This document shows positions 10,845 to 21,986 of a DNA stretch of 64,000 bases, piece by piece. The position numbers and the translations under genes were made by a program. Position 1 is the stretch's first letter, and every line of letters starts with the position of its first letter. The stretch comes from Eledone cirrhosa (taxonomy: Eukaryota), in the NCBI GenBank assembly GCA_964016885.1, contig OZ024741.1, forward strand, positions 391,344,001 to 391,408,000, read 5' to 3'. The notes under the pieces were generated by a model. The model did no database searches and was not told the DNA's origin. It saw only the letters and a list, made by a program, of their open reading frames with translations.

Positions 10845-11305
10845 ACTTGAAAACTCTGGTACAAACACTTCACTTGTGACAATTATTGACACATAGTGCT
10901 GGGCCCATGGTTCCATGTGAGGACAAATGCAGAGAGATCTCCAGATATAAAGCAATGCCTGTGCCGTGAAGCTTTTATAGTGAGCAAAGGCACTGCACAA
11001 AGCCAGTCCCACTCTCTTAACCAAGATGATATTTACCAAAAAGAAGAACAAGTCAACATCATTGGATACCATCAGAGTTGCAGGTGTTATATCAGAGTTT
11101 TCCTTCTCCTAGAATTCTGCCTTGACAAAGGCTAAGGGGTCATCTCGCCTGGTGATTTTGGATGGCCATTGACTCTTAAGAGCTCCTTTGCCCTTTGACA
11201 GGTTTTGTTTTTAGTCCTGCAGGATGTCCAAAGTCACCCTCCTCACCAAGAAACCTTGGTGGGGTTGCCAGTTTAGTCGCCAACGACCCGACCATGTGTC
11301 AGGTT
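10845..11305 (-). mobile_element. Non-autonomous RTE-derived element, copy 2 (truncated at both ends)
   Basis: Near-identical to ~6979-7439. The ORF-track peptides 7031..7270 and 10896..11135 are almost identical. Confidence 0.8.
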
Positions 11306-11463
11306 ACATACATACATACATACATATATACATATATACATACATACATAACATAACATAATTTACATACATACACACATACATACATGAGATATTCACA
11401 TACATGATGGCTGCCCCTCGTCATCGAGTATGGCCATTGCACGATATACCATTATTAATATTG

Positions 11464-11668
11464 GATTGGCAGTATCGGTAGAGGGTCGGACGCCATGCTT
11501 TGCAGCAAAGAGTTACGTCCCTTTATGGTCTCAGTTCAAATCCCGCCGAGGTTAACTTTGCCTTTCATCCTTACGGGGTCGATAAAACAAAGTACCAGTG
11601 ACGCACTGGGGTCGATTTAATCGACTTTCCCCTCCCCCAAAATTGCTGGCCTTGTGTCTCCATAAGAA
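11464..11668 (+). mobile_element. tRNA-derived Nin/Deu-like SINE with 16-bp TSD
   Basis: Same family. Direct repeat ACCATTATTAATATTG at 11448-11463 and 11669-11684. Confidence 0.88.
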
Positions 11669-11680
11669 ACCATTATTAAT

Positions 11681-11860
11681 ATTGTTTCTACTTTAGGCAC
11701 AAGGCCAGAAATTAACGCAGTACATTACTGGTACTTTATTTTATCGACCCCGAAAGGATGAAAGGCAAAGTTAACCACTGCGGGATTTGAACTCAGACCG
11801 TAAAGGGACGTAACTATGCTGAAAAGCATGGTGTCCGACCCTCTACCGATACTGCCAATC
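11681..11860 (-). mobile_element. tRNA-derived Nin/Deu-like SINE (inverted partner of 11464-11668)
   Basis: Closely matches 9685-9860. Confidence 0.85.
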
Positions 11861-12293
11861 GTGCAATGCCTGTGTGCGAAGAATTTTTCTAAAGTAAGGA
11901 AAGACTGTGCACTGAGCCAATCCGACTGTCTGAGCGACAGTAGCTATAACACAAATAGAAGAAAAGATCAACATCATCGGTAACTACTGAGCTGCAGGCT
12001 TTATGTCAGAGTTATCCCAGTTTCCTGAGTTGACTCCTACCAGAAGAATGCCCTGACAAAGGTTAGGGGTCCTTCACTCCCAGTGGTTTAACCACGCGAT
12101 CGGGTGTCCAGCCCGAATATTTCTATGTCCCCGCGCATATACATACATACATATGCACATATACATACATACATATGCGCATATAGATACATACATATGC
12201 GCATATACATACATACATACATACATACATACATACATACATACATACATACATACATACATACATACATACATACATACATACATACATACA

Positions 12294-15200
12294 AAGGCGA
12301 CCGTTGTGGTCAGTGTCCGATAATCGGACATGTGTAATTACGGCTTACATGAAGGCAACATACCATATATTGGAAAAAGTTGAGCTACATTACGCGGTAA
12401 GATTACATACAATAATTCTACATAAGTGTTTAAACTTTAAGTGTGTTGTAAAACACCTATTTATATGAACGATACATACACTTATGTTATATGAACGATA
12501 CATACACTTATGTTATATGAACGATACATACACTTTAACATATAAATGCAACGTTGTTATATTATATTTATAAAGAAATATGCAAGTAACGTTTTCGATT
12601 TGAACTGTGAATATTTTGTGAATAAGTTGTAGAACACCTATTTATATTAATGATACATAAACTTTAACATATAAATACAGCGTTGTTATATTATATTACA
12701 TTCATAAAGAAATATACTAAGTAACAGTTTTTTTTTGTTCTCGATTCAAACGATTCAAGAACAACGTTTAAAACACAGTTGTAGAATTAAAAACTAACTG
12801 AAAAGAAATATTACCCAAGCTGTGAATAACTTTAAATATGATTCTGACAGAACTTTGTCGAAACTTTTAAAGAAGATCATCGACTATTTTGAAAAATAAA
12901 TACAAAATATTAGTGAATAGACGAACTCATCATGGCAAAACGTACAAGTCTCCTTCGACCAAATCGCAACTACAACCGTTGTATACAGTGGAGCTACGAG
13001 CTTAACAAAGAATTATATGAAGCATACAAACAATCTGAACCCCAAAAGTTCGGTTTTATGCAAAGGCTAAAAACTTTATGGACCTCCAAACACCCAGAAT
13101 TAGACTTTTCTCCAAAGCATTTAAATGAACAGGCAAAACGTCTCATTAGATGTAAATTGATACATCTAACGGAATTGAGTGATACTACAAATACAGCCCT
13201 TGTAGACAACCACCCCACTTCCACTGACAGACAAAGAGAATGGCCAGCTAAATCTAACAGTGAACAGCTCACCAACAATTTTGCTGAAATCCATCCCACT
13301 TCCACTGAAGAACAGCGAGAATGGTCAGCTAACTCTAGTAGTAATTGTCACCACATCAACAACGAGGCTGAAATTCATGACTCTACTGTACAAACAGAAC
13401 ACCAAAAACTTGTGGACACCTTACATGTGATATGGGACCGTATGTTTCAAGAGATACACAGCCTTAATGTGAGTGACAGACCATACAACACCAGAATCAG
13501 TAAAGAACCCACTAAATTGGAATTGGAAGCGGTGAACGAAATAGCTGACAATTATCTGAAGGTTATACGATCTAAAGGTGTAGAAACGACATTTGAAACG
13601 CTTAATATTTTGTTATATGTTTCAGCTGTCACATTGCTATCATATAACAAATATCTAAAACCACGCAATCAAGATACAAACAAAAAGCCTGAACCAGCGT
13701 GGATGCGAAATTTAAAAAGCAAAACTTTGTCCCTGAGACGAAGTATCTCACACATCGCAGTCGTTATGAAATGCAACATAGAGATCAACTTCACACGACA
13801 CCAGGAAGACGTAAAAAAAAAGTTAGAGATACGATTTGGAGATACAAAATTTAAAACTTTGAACTCCAAATTACACCAGTTGAAACAGCAACTCACAGTT
13901 AGAAAGACTAAAATATAAGTCAACAGCACATAAACGACAAGTGCTAAATAGATTGTTTGCCAGAGATCCTAAATCAGTTTATCGCAGCTTTGGTGGCAAA
14001 AGCTCAATCTCTGTAAATGACACCCCTTCAAAAGAATAAGTTGAGAGCTACTGGAGATCTGTAAGGGAAACGGATGACGGATTCAACAGACAAATTAATT
14101 GGCTAAAAGAACTGGAACAGGACTACTGCCAACATGTCCAGACAAAACAATATGACATAGATGGGTCAATACTGGAAACAGCTCTACAGAAAATGTCGAA
14201 TAGGAAATCACCAGGCCCAGACCTCATAACAGGATACTGGTTGAAAAATTTCACTTTCTATCGGCAAGATCTCATACGGCTGTTTACAGAAACCATTAAA
14301 GGCACACAAGAACTGCCCAAATGGTTATCAACTGCCACTACTCTCCTCATTCCCCAAAATAGCTAAACTACCCTTGCTAAAATTTACCGCCCAATAGCCT
14401 GCCAAAACATCATGTATAAATTATATACTGGGTGCCTTACCCTGTTCTTACAGGATCATTGTGCTACCAACAACATTATAACACCTGAGCAAGCTGGTGG
14501 AAAGAGGGAGGTGTGGGGTTGCATAGATCACCTACTAACTAATAAAATGATTCAAGAAAAAACAACAAAGAATCGCAGAAACATGACTGGTGTGGTTGGA
14601 CTATCAAAAAGCATGTGATAGTGTACCTCATGGGTGGATTGTTAATGCTTTACAGTTAGCCAAAGTCCCACAACCACAGGTAGCTGCTGTTGAACGTCTG
14701 ACCAAGAACTGGTACACCAATTTGATCCTCAGAGGTGAGAAGGAGCAGGTTAAGACTGATAAGATACATTACCAGAAGGGCATCTTTCAGGGTGATAGCT
14801 TGTCAGTGCTACTCTTCGTTCTCTCACTAAATCCACTATCTTACCTACTCAGGAAACAAGGTGGACAAAGAAGTGGGTCCAGAAGTATCTCCCATCTTTT
14901 CTTTGTTGATGACCTGAAGTTGTATGGGCCAAATATCAATGACATCAAGAAACAATTGGACCTCATTACACAATTTTCAACAGACATCAAAATGAAATTT
15001 GGTGAGTCCAAGTGTGTATATTTGGCAGTAAAACGTGGAAGAGCTGTGTCCTCCTCTAGAAATCTAGAGATGAACGGCCTGACAATACAACCTCTACAGT
15101 CAGGTGAAAACTACAGGTATCTTGGACAGGATGAGAATGTCAGATATGATGGACCCATAAATAAGGAGAGAACCAGAACTGAATACCTCAGAAGAGTAAA

Positions 15201-16514
15201 GAAAATATGATCATCAGAACTGTCAGCGTACAACAAATAGATTGCCCACAATACTTATGTGTGCCAGTTCTAACGCCAACATTTGGCCTGCTGAACTGGT
15301 CATTGCAAGAACTAAGTGAGATGGATGTTAGAACTCGCAAACCCCTCATTGTTACTGGGAACTTTAACATCAATGGTGATGTGGATAGGCTATAATTCTC
15401 ATGCAAGGAAGGTGGCCGGGGGTCTAAAATCCATATTAACATCATATGAGACCCGCATAGTAACACTGAAGCAACATCTTCAACAGAGGAAAAAGGTTGG
15501 CAACCATCTTGCCCAGGTTTATGAGCATGAAAAAAAATATATCATTAGAATAGCCACTAATCTGGAGGAGAGATATGGAATAAAGCCTGATATAAATTTC
15601 TTACCCAGATAAATCGGAAGATCCTATTCAATGTTCAAACAAGATGAAAAAATTGACCAATTTACAGAAAAAGTTGTGCATAGATACTTGAGGCGTAAAA
15701 CACAGACCATAGAGGGGATAAACCATTCAAAAAGCCTGGCAGGGAGTTCCGACAAGTTTATGACATCACACCTTGAGGGATATCTCTATGCAATAGAGGA
15801 ACAAGAACTCCATACCAAATATCTGCTGCACAAAAGGGGAGGGCCATCAGCTGACAATAAATGTAGGCTATGTAAAACAAAGATCGAGGACGTAAGCCAC
15901 ATTGTTGCCGTCTGCGAAAGAATGTCATCTTGCTACTACCTCCCATGAGACACGATGGGATAGCTAGAACCATCTGGAACGCACTTCGGAAAACAAAATT
16001 AACAACAAACGAGGAAGAATATATTGAGACAGATGGCACTAAGGAATACTGGTGGAACCTGAAAATAAAAACAGCTACCAAATTAAAGCACAACCGGCCT
16101 GATATTGTTGTTTGGGACCACACATTGAAAACGTGTTCTGTTGTGGAGATCAGCTGCCCACTTGAAGTAAACGTTGTCAGAAAAATACAGGAGAAGGAGG
16201 ACATCTACGGACCATTGATGAGGAGTTTACAAATCCAGTATCCAAGATACACCTTTAGCGTCATACCCATCATTATTGGTGCTACGGGTTATATACCAAC
16301 CCGCTTGGATCAAAGTATGACTGAACTTGGATTTGCGGACAAAGAGCGCAGCACCCTAATTCATAGTCTACAAATGGCTGCGATAGCTGGCACCTTCCAA
16401 ATTTGCAAAATATTCTTGCGATTCAAAGGATAACAATTTCTTTTCTTTTACACCCTTGCCACCAGGAAGGTGGCCGGTCAAAAAAATATACTCGAAATTA
16501 AGAGAAAGAGATAA
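12294..16514 (+). mobile_element. R4/Dong-like RLE non-LTR retrotransposon, apparently full-length copy 1 (disrupted ORF)
   Basis: ~640-bp AT-rich 5' UTR, single ORF region 12932-16433, ~80-bp 3' UTR, (CATA)n on both sides. The 5' end matches the copy at 16801. Confidence 0.9.
12932..16433 (+). pseudogene. R4-clade polyprotein: Myb-like N-terminus, RT, CCHC knuckle, PD-(D/E)xK restriction-like endonuclease; frameshifted
   Basis: Fragments show WSYELNKELYEAY...W...HPE...HLNEQ (R4-type N-terminus), WLDYQKACDSVPH, KGIFQGDSLSVLLF, HLFFVDDLKLY, YRYLG, CRLCKTKIEDVSHIVAVC, RHD, RPDIVVWD...VVEISCP...KEDIY. Broken by indels and stops (e.g. near 13900, 14038, 14364). Confidence 0.9.
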
Positions 16515-16585
16515 CATACATGCATACATACATACATACATACATACATACATACATACATACATACATACATACATACATACAT

Positions 16586-16753
16586 CTCCCTAATTCATAA
16601 TCAACAAATGGCTGCGATAGCTGTAGCTGGCACCGTCGACATTTGCAAAACGTACTTGCGATTCAAGGGATGACAATTTCTTTTGTTTTACAACCTTGCC
16701 ACTAGGGAGGTGGCCGGTCAAAAAATATACTCGAAATTAAGAGAAAGAGAGAA
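16586..16753 (+). mobile_element. R4/Dong-like copy 2, extreme 5' truncation (~170 bp)
   Basis: Matches 16352-16514 with a 6-bp TAGCTG duplication. Flanked by (CATA)n. Confidence 0.88.
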
Positions 16754-16800
16754 CATATACATATATACATACATACATATATATATATATACATACATAC

Positions 16801-19800
16801 AATGGCGACCGCTGTGAGCAGTGTGGGATAATCGGACGTGTGTAATTACGGCTTACATGAAGGCAACATACCATATATTGGAAAAAGTTGAGCTACATTA
16901 CGCGGTAAGATTAGATACAATAATTCTACATAAGTGTTTGAACTGTAAGTGTATTGTAAAACACCTATTTATATGAACGATACATACACATATGTTATAT
17001 GAACGATACATACACTTATGTTATATGAACGATACATACACTTTAACATATAAATGCAACGTTGTTATATTATATTTATAAAGAAATATGCAAGTAACGT
17101 TTTCGATTCAGAAACAAAAACATAAGTGTTTGAACTGTGAATATGTTGTGAATAAGTTGTAGAACACCTATTTATATTAATGATACATAAACTTTAACAT
17201 ATAAATACAGCGTTGTTATATTATATGACATTCATAAAGAAATATACTAAGTAACGGGGTTTTTTTTGTTCTCGATTCAAACCATTCAAAAACAACGTTT
17301 AAAACATAGTTGTAGAATTAATAACTAACTGAAAAGAAATATTACCCAAGCTGTGAATAACTTTAAATATGATTCTGACAGAACTTTGTCGAAACTTTTA
17401 AAGAAGATCATCGACTATTTTGAAAAATAAATACAAAATATTAGTGAATAGACGAACTCATCATGGCAAAAAGTACAAGTCTCCTTCGACCAAATCGCAA
17501 CTACATCCGTTGTATACAGTGGAGCTACGAGCTTAACAAAGAATTATATGAAGCATACAAATAATCTGAACCCCAAAAGTTCGGTTTTATGCAAAGGCTA
17601 AAAACTTTATGGACCTCCAAACACCCAGAATTAGACTTTTCTCCAAAGCATTTAAATGAACAGACAAAACGTATCATTAGATGTAAATTGATACATCTAA
17701 CGGAATTGAGTGATACTACAAATACAGCCCTTGTAGACAACCACCCCACCTCCACTGACAGACAAAGAGAATGGCCAGCTAAATCTAACAGTTCAACAAC
17801 TTTGCTGAAATCCATCCCACTTCCACTGAAGAACAGCGAGAATGGTCAGCTAACTCTAGTAGTAATTGTCACCACATCAACGACGAGGCTGATATTCATG
17901 ACTCTACTGTACAAACAGAACACCAAAAATTGTGGACTCCTTACATGTGATATGGGACCGTATGTTTCAAGAGATACACAGCCTTAATGTGAGTGACAGA
18001 CCATACAACACCAGAATCAGTAAAGAACCCACTAAATTGGAATTGGAAGCGGTGAACGAAATAGCTGACAATTATCTGAAGGCTATACGATCTAAAGGTG
18101 TAGAAACGACATTTGAAATGCTTAACATTTTGTTATATGTTTCAGCTGTGGCATTGCTTTCATATAAAACACATCTCAAACCACGCAATCAAAATACAAA
18201 CAAAAAACCTGAACCAGCGTGGATGCGAAATTTAAAAAGCAAAATTTTGTCACTGAGACGAAGTATCTCACACATCGCAGTCATTATGAAATGCAACATA
18301 GAGAGCAGCTTCACACGACACCAGGAAGACGTAAAAAAAAATTAGAGAGACGATTTGGAAATACAAAATTTAAAACTTTAAACTCCAAATTGCACCAGTT
18401 TAAACAACAACTCACAGCTACAACGGAAAGACTAAAATATAAGTCAACAGCACATAAACGACAAGTGCTAAATAGATTGTTTGTCAGAGATCTTAAATCA
18501 GTTTATCGCAGCTTTGGTGGCAAAAGCTCCAATCTCTGTAAATGACTCCCCTTCAAAAGAACAGGTTGAGAGCTACTGGAGATCTGTATAGGAAACGAAT
18601 GACGGATTCAACAGACAAACTAAATGGGTAAAAGAACTGGAACAGGACTACTGCCAACACCTCCAGACAAAACAATATGACATAGATGGGTCAATACTGG
18701 AAACAGCTCTACAGAAAATGTCGAATGGGAAATCACCAGGCCCAGACCTCATAACAGGATACTGGTTGAAAAATTTCACTTTCTATCGGCAAGATCTCAT
18801 ACGGCTGTTTACAGAAACCATTAAAGGCACACAAGAACTGCCCAAATGGTTATCAACTGCCACTACTCTCCTCATTCCAAAAAATAGCCAAACCACCCTT
18901 GCTAAAAATTACCGCCCAATAGCCTGCCAAAACATCATGTATAAATTATATACTGGGTGCCTTACCCTGTTCTTACAGGATCATTGTGCTACCAACAACA
19001 TTATAACACCTGAGCAAGCTGGTGGAAAGAGGGAGGTGTGGGGTTGCATAGATCACCTACTAACATCAATGGTGATGTGGATAGGCTATAATTCTCATGC
19101 AAGGAAGGTGGCCGGGGGTCTAAAATCCATATTAACATCATATGAGACCCGGATAGTAACACTGAAGCAACACCTTCAACAGAGGAAAAAGGTTAGCAAC
19201 CATCTTGCCCAGGTTTATGAGCATGAAGAAAAAAATATCATTAGAATAGCCACTAATCTGGACGAGAGATATGGAATAAAGCCTGATATAAATCTCTCAC
19301 CCAGAGAAATCGGAGGATCCTATTCAATGTTCAAACAAGATGAAAAAATTGACCAATTTACATTAAAAAAGTGGTGCATGGATACTTGAGGCGTAAAACA
19401 CAGACCATAGAGGGGATAAACCACTCAAAAAGCCTGGCAGGGAGTTCCGACAAGTTTATGACATCACACCTTGAGGGATATCTCTATGCAATACAGGAAC
19501 AAGAACTCCCTACCAAATATCTGCTGCACAAAAGAGGAGGGCCATCAGCTGTCAATAAATGTAGGCTATGTAAAACAAAGATCGAGGATGTAAGCCACAT
19601 TGTTGCCAGCTGCGAAAGAATGTCATATCGCTACTACCTCCCCATGAGACACGATGGGATAGCTAGAACCATCTGGAACGCACTTTGGAAAACAAAATTA
19701 ACAACAAACGAGGAAGAATATATTGAGACAGATGGCACTAAGGAATACTGGTGGAACCTGAAAATAAAAACTGCCACCAAATTAAAGCACAACCGGCCTG

Positions 19801-20212
19801 ATATTGTTGTTTGGGACCACACATTGAACACGTGTTCTGTTGTGGAGATCAGCTGCCCACTTGATGTAAACGTTGTCAGTAAAATACAGGAGAAGGAGGA
19901 CATCTACGGACCATTGATGAGGAGTTTACAAATCCAGTATCCAAGATACACCTTTAGCTTCATACCCATCATTATTGGAGCTACGGGTTATATACCAACC
20001 CGCTTGGACCAATGTATAACTGAACTTGGATTTGCGGACAAAGAGCGCAGCTCCCTAATTCATAGTCTACAAATGGCTGCGATAGCTGGCACCTTCAAAA
20101 TTTGCAAAGCATTCTTGCGATTCAAGGGATGACAATTTCTTTTCTTTTACAACCTTGCCACCAGGAAGGTGGCCGGTCAAAGATATACTCGAAATTAAGA
20201 GAAAGAGATAAA
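16801..20212 (+). mobile_element. R4/Dong-like copy 3, full 5' end, 829-bp internal RT deletion
   Basis: Collinear with copy 1. At 19061-19064 it joins copy-1 positions 14539 and 15369. Early stop at ~17562 plus frameshifts. CCHC-RLE frame 19371..20132 is intact. Confidence 0.9.
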
Positions 20213-20349
20213 CATACATACATATATACATACATACATAATATACATACATACATACATACATACATACATACATACATACATACATACATACATACAT
20301 ACATACATACATACATACGTACATACATACATATATACATATATACATA

Positions 20350-21180
20350 CAGAAAAAGTTGTGCATGGATACTTGAGACGTAAAACACAGACCATAGAGG
20401 GGATAAACCACTCAAAAAGCCTGGCAGGGAGTTCCGACATGTTTATGACATCACACCTTGAGGGATATCTCTATGCAATACAGGAACAAGAACTCCCTAC
20501 CAAATATCTGCTGCACAAAAGGGGAGGACCATCAGCTGACAATAAATGTAGGCTATGTAAAACAAAGATCGAGGACGTAAGCCACATTGTTGCCGGCTGC
20601 GAAAGAATGTCATCTCGCTACTACCTCCCCATGAGACACGATGGGATAGCTAGAACCATCTGGAACGCACTTCGGAAAACAAAATTAAAAACAAACGAGG
20701 AAGAATATATTGAGACAGATGGCACTAAGGAATACTGGTGGAACCTGAAAATAAAAACAGCCACCAAATTAAAGCACAACCGGCCTGATATTGAAAACGT
20801 GTTCTGTTGCGGAGATCAGCTGCCCACTTGATGTAAACGTTGTCAGAAAAATACAGGAGAAGGGGGACATCTACGGACCATTGATGAGGAGTTTACAGAT
20901 CCAGTATCCAAGATACACCTTTAGCTTCATACCTATCATTATTGGAGCTACGGGTTATATACCAACCCGCTTGAACCATGGTATGACTGAACTTGGATTT
21001 GCGGACAAAAAGCGCAGCTCCCTAATTCATAGTCTACAAATGGCTGCGATAGCTGGCACCTTCAAAATTTGCAAAACATTCTTGCGATTCAAGGGATGAC
21101 AATTTCTTTTCTTTTACACCCTTGCCACCAGAAAGGTGGCCGGTCAAAAAAATATACTCGAAATTAAGAGAAAGAGATAA
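20350..21180 (+). mobile_element. R4/Dong-like copy 4, 5'-truncated (CCHC + RLE + 3' UTR)
   Basis: Starts at the equivalent of copy-1 ~15664. 20-bp deletion at ~20793 in the RPDIVVWD motif. Ends AAAGAGATAA-(CATA)n. Confidence 0.9.
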
Positions 21181-21670
21181 CATACATACATAATATACAT
21201 ACATACGCACATACATACATATATAGCATACATACATACATACATACATACATACATACATACATACATACATACATACATACATAACATAACATACATA
21301 CACACATACATACATAACATAACATACATACATAACATGACATACATACATACATACATACATACATACATACATACATACATACATACATAGAGAATGA
21401 GAGAGAAAATAGGGAGAGTGTGTGAGCGAGCTAAATGAAGGTAAAACAGTAGCCATTCATTTTATCCCAGCCATACCCCTACTCTATTTCGGGTGCTTTT
21501 ACAAACAGCAAGCGGAGATCGTTTGTCGACTGATTGCCGCCAAATTTGAAGAGTTAGAACGATTGTGTGTCTGTATGTATGTATGTATGTATGTATGTAT
21601 GTATGTATGTATGTATGTATGTATGTATGTATGTATGTATGTATGTATGTATGTATGTGTATGTATATAT
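21181..21670. repeat. (CATA)n tract and an oppositely oriented (TATG)n tract flanking ~180 bp of unique DNA
   Basis: (CATA)n at 21181-21392 and (TATG)n at ~21573-21670. Confidence 0.9.
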
Positions 21671-21986
21671 GGAAAGAGAATGAAAGGAGGTATTTTAGAA
21701 TGTTAAGGCGCCTTGTCTACAAACCTATCAACATTTTATTGGCTGTTAATAGTAAAGCAAAACTTAAGTTAGGATTTCACAGTACCAGATTTAATCATTT
21801 TATGAAACATGGTGGTAATCTAAATATGCCACAGTTTTCTACATCCATACCCCTAACCTAATATAATCTATTAATTGTGTCGTTGTGCTATCAGAGGGCA
21901 AGACAAATGAACGATGTGTGTCACGTTACAGCATCTTCCATTTAGGTTTTTCATGTTGTTGTGGTTGTTTACTTCAAATCGGTCTT

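Larger units (their letters stand above)
11405..12075 (-). mobile_element. Diverged relative of the RTE-derived element, interrupted by the two SINEs
   Basis: 11405-11435 (GATGGCTGCCCCTCGTCATCGAGTATGGCCA) resembles 6877-6910. 11863-12072 (CAATGCCTGTG...GAAGAAAAGATCAACATCATCGG...TGACAAAGGTTAGGGGTC) resembles 7088-7275. Confidence 0.6.

Noticed and set aside
12312-12330. ATCGGACA in the R4 5' end matches the satellite monomer
   Set aside because: Only 8 bp and altered in copy 3 (ATCGGACG); insufficient to claim the satellite derives from the element.
21850-21862. CCCTAACCTAA telomere-like motif near the array edge
   Set aside because: Fewer than two full units; expected by chance.
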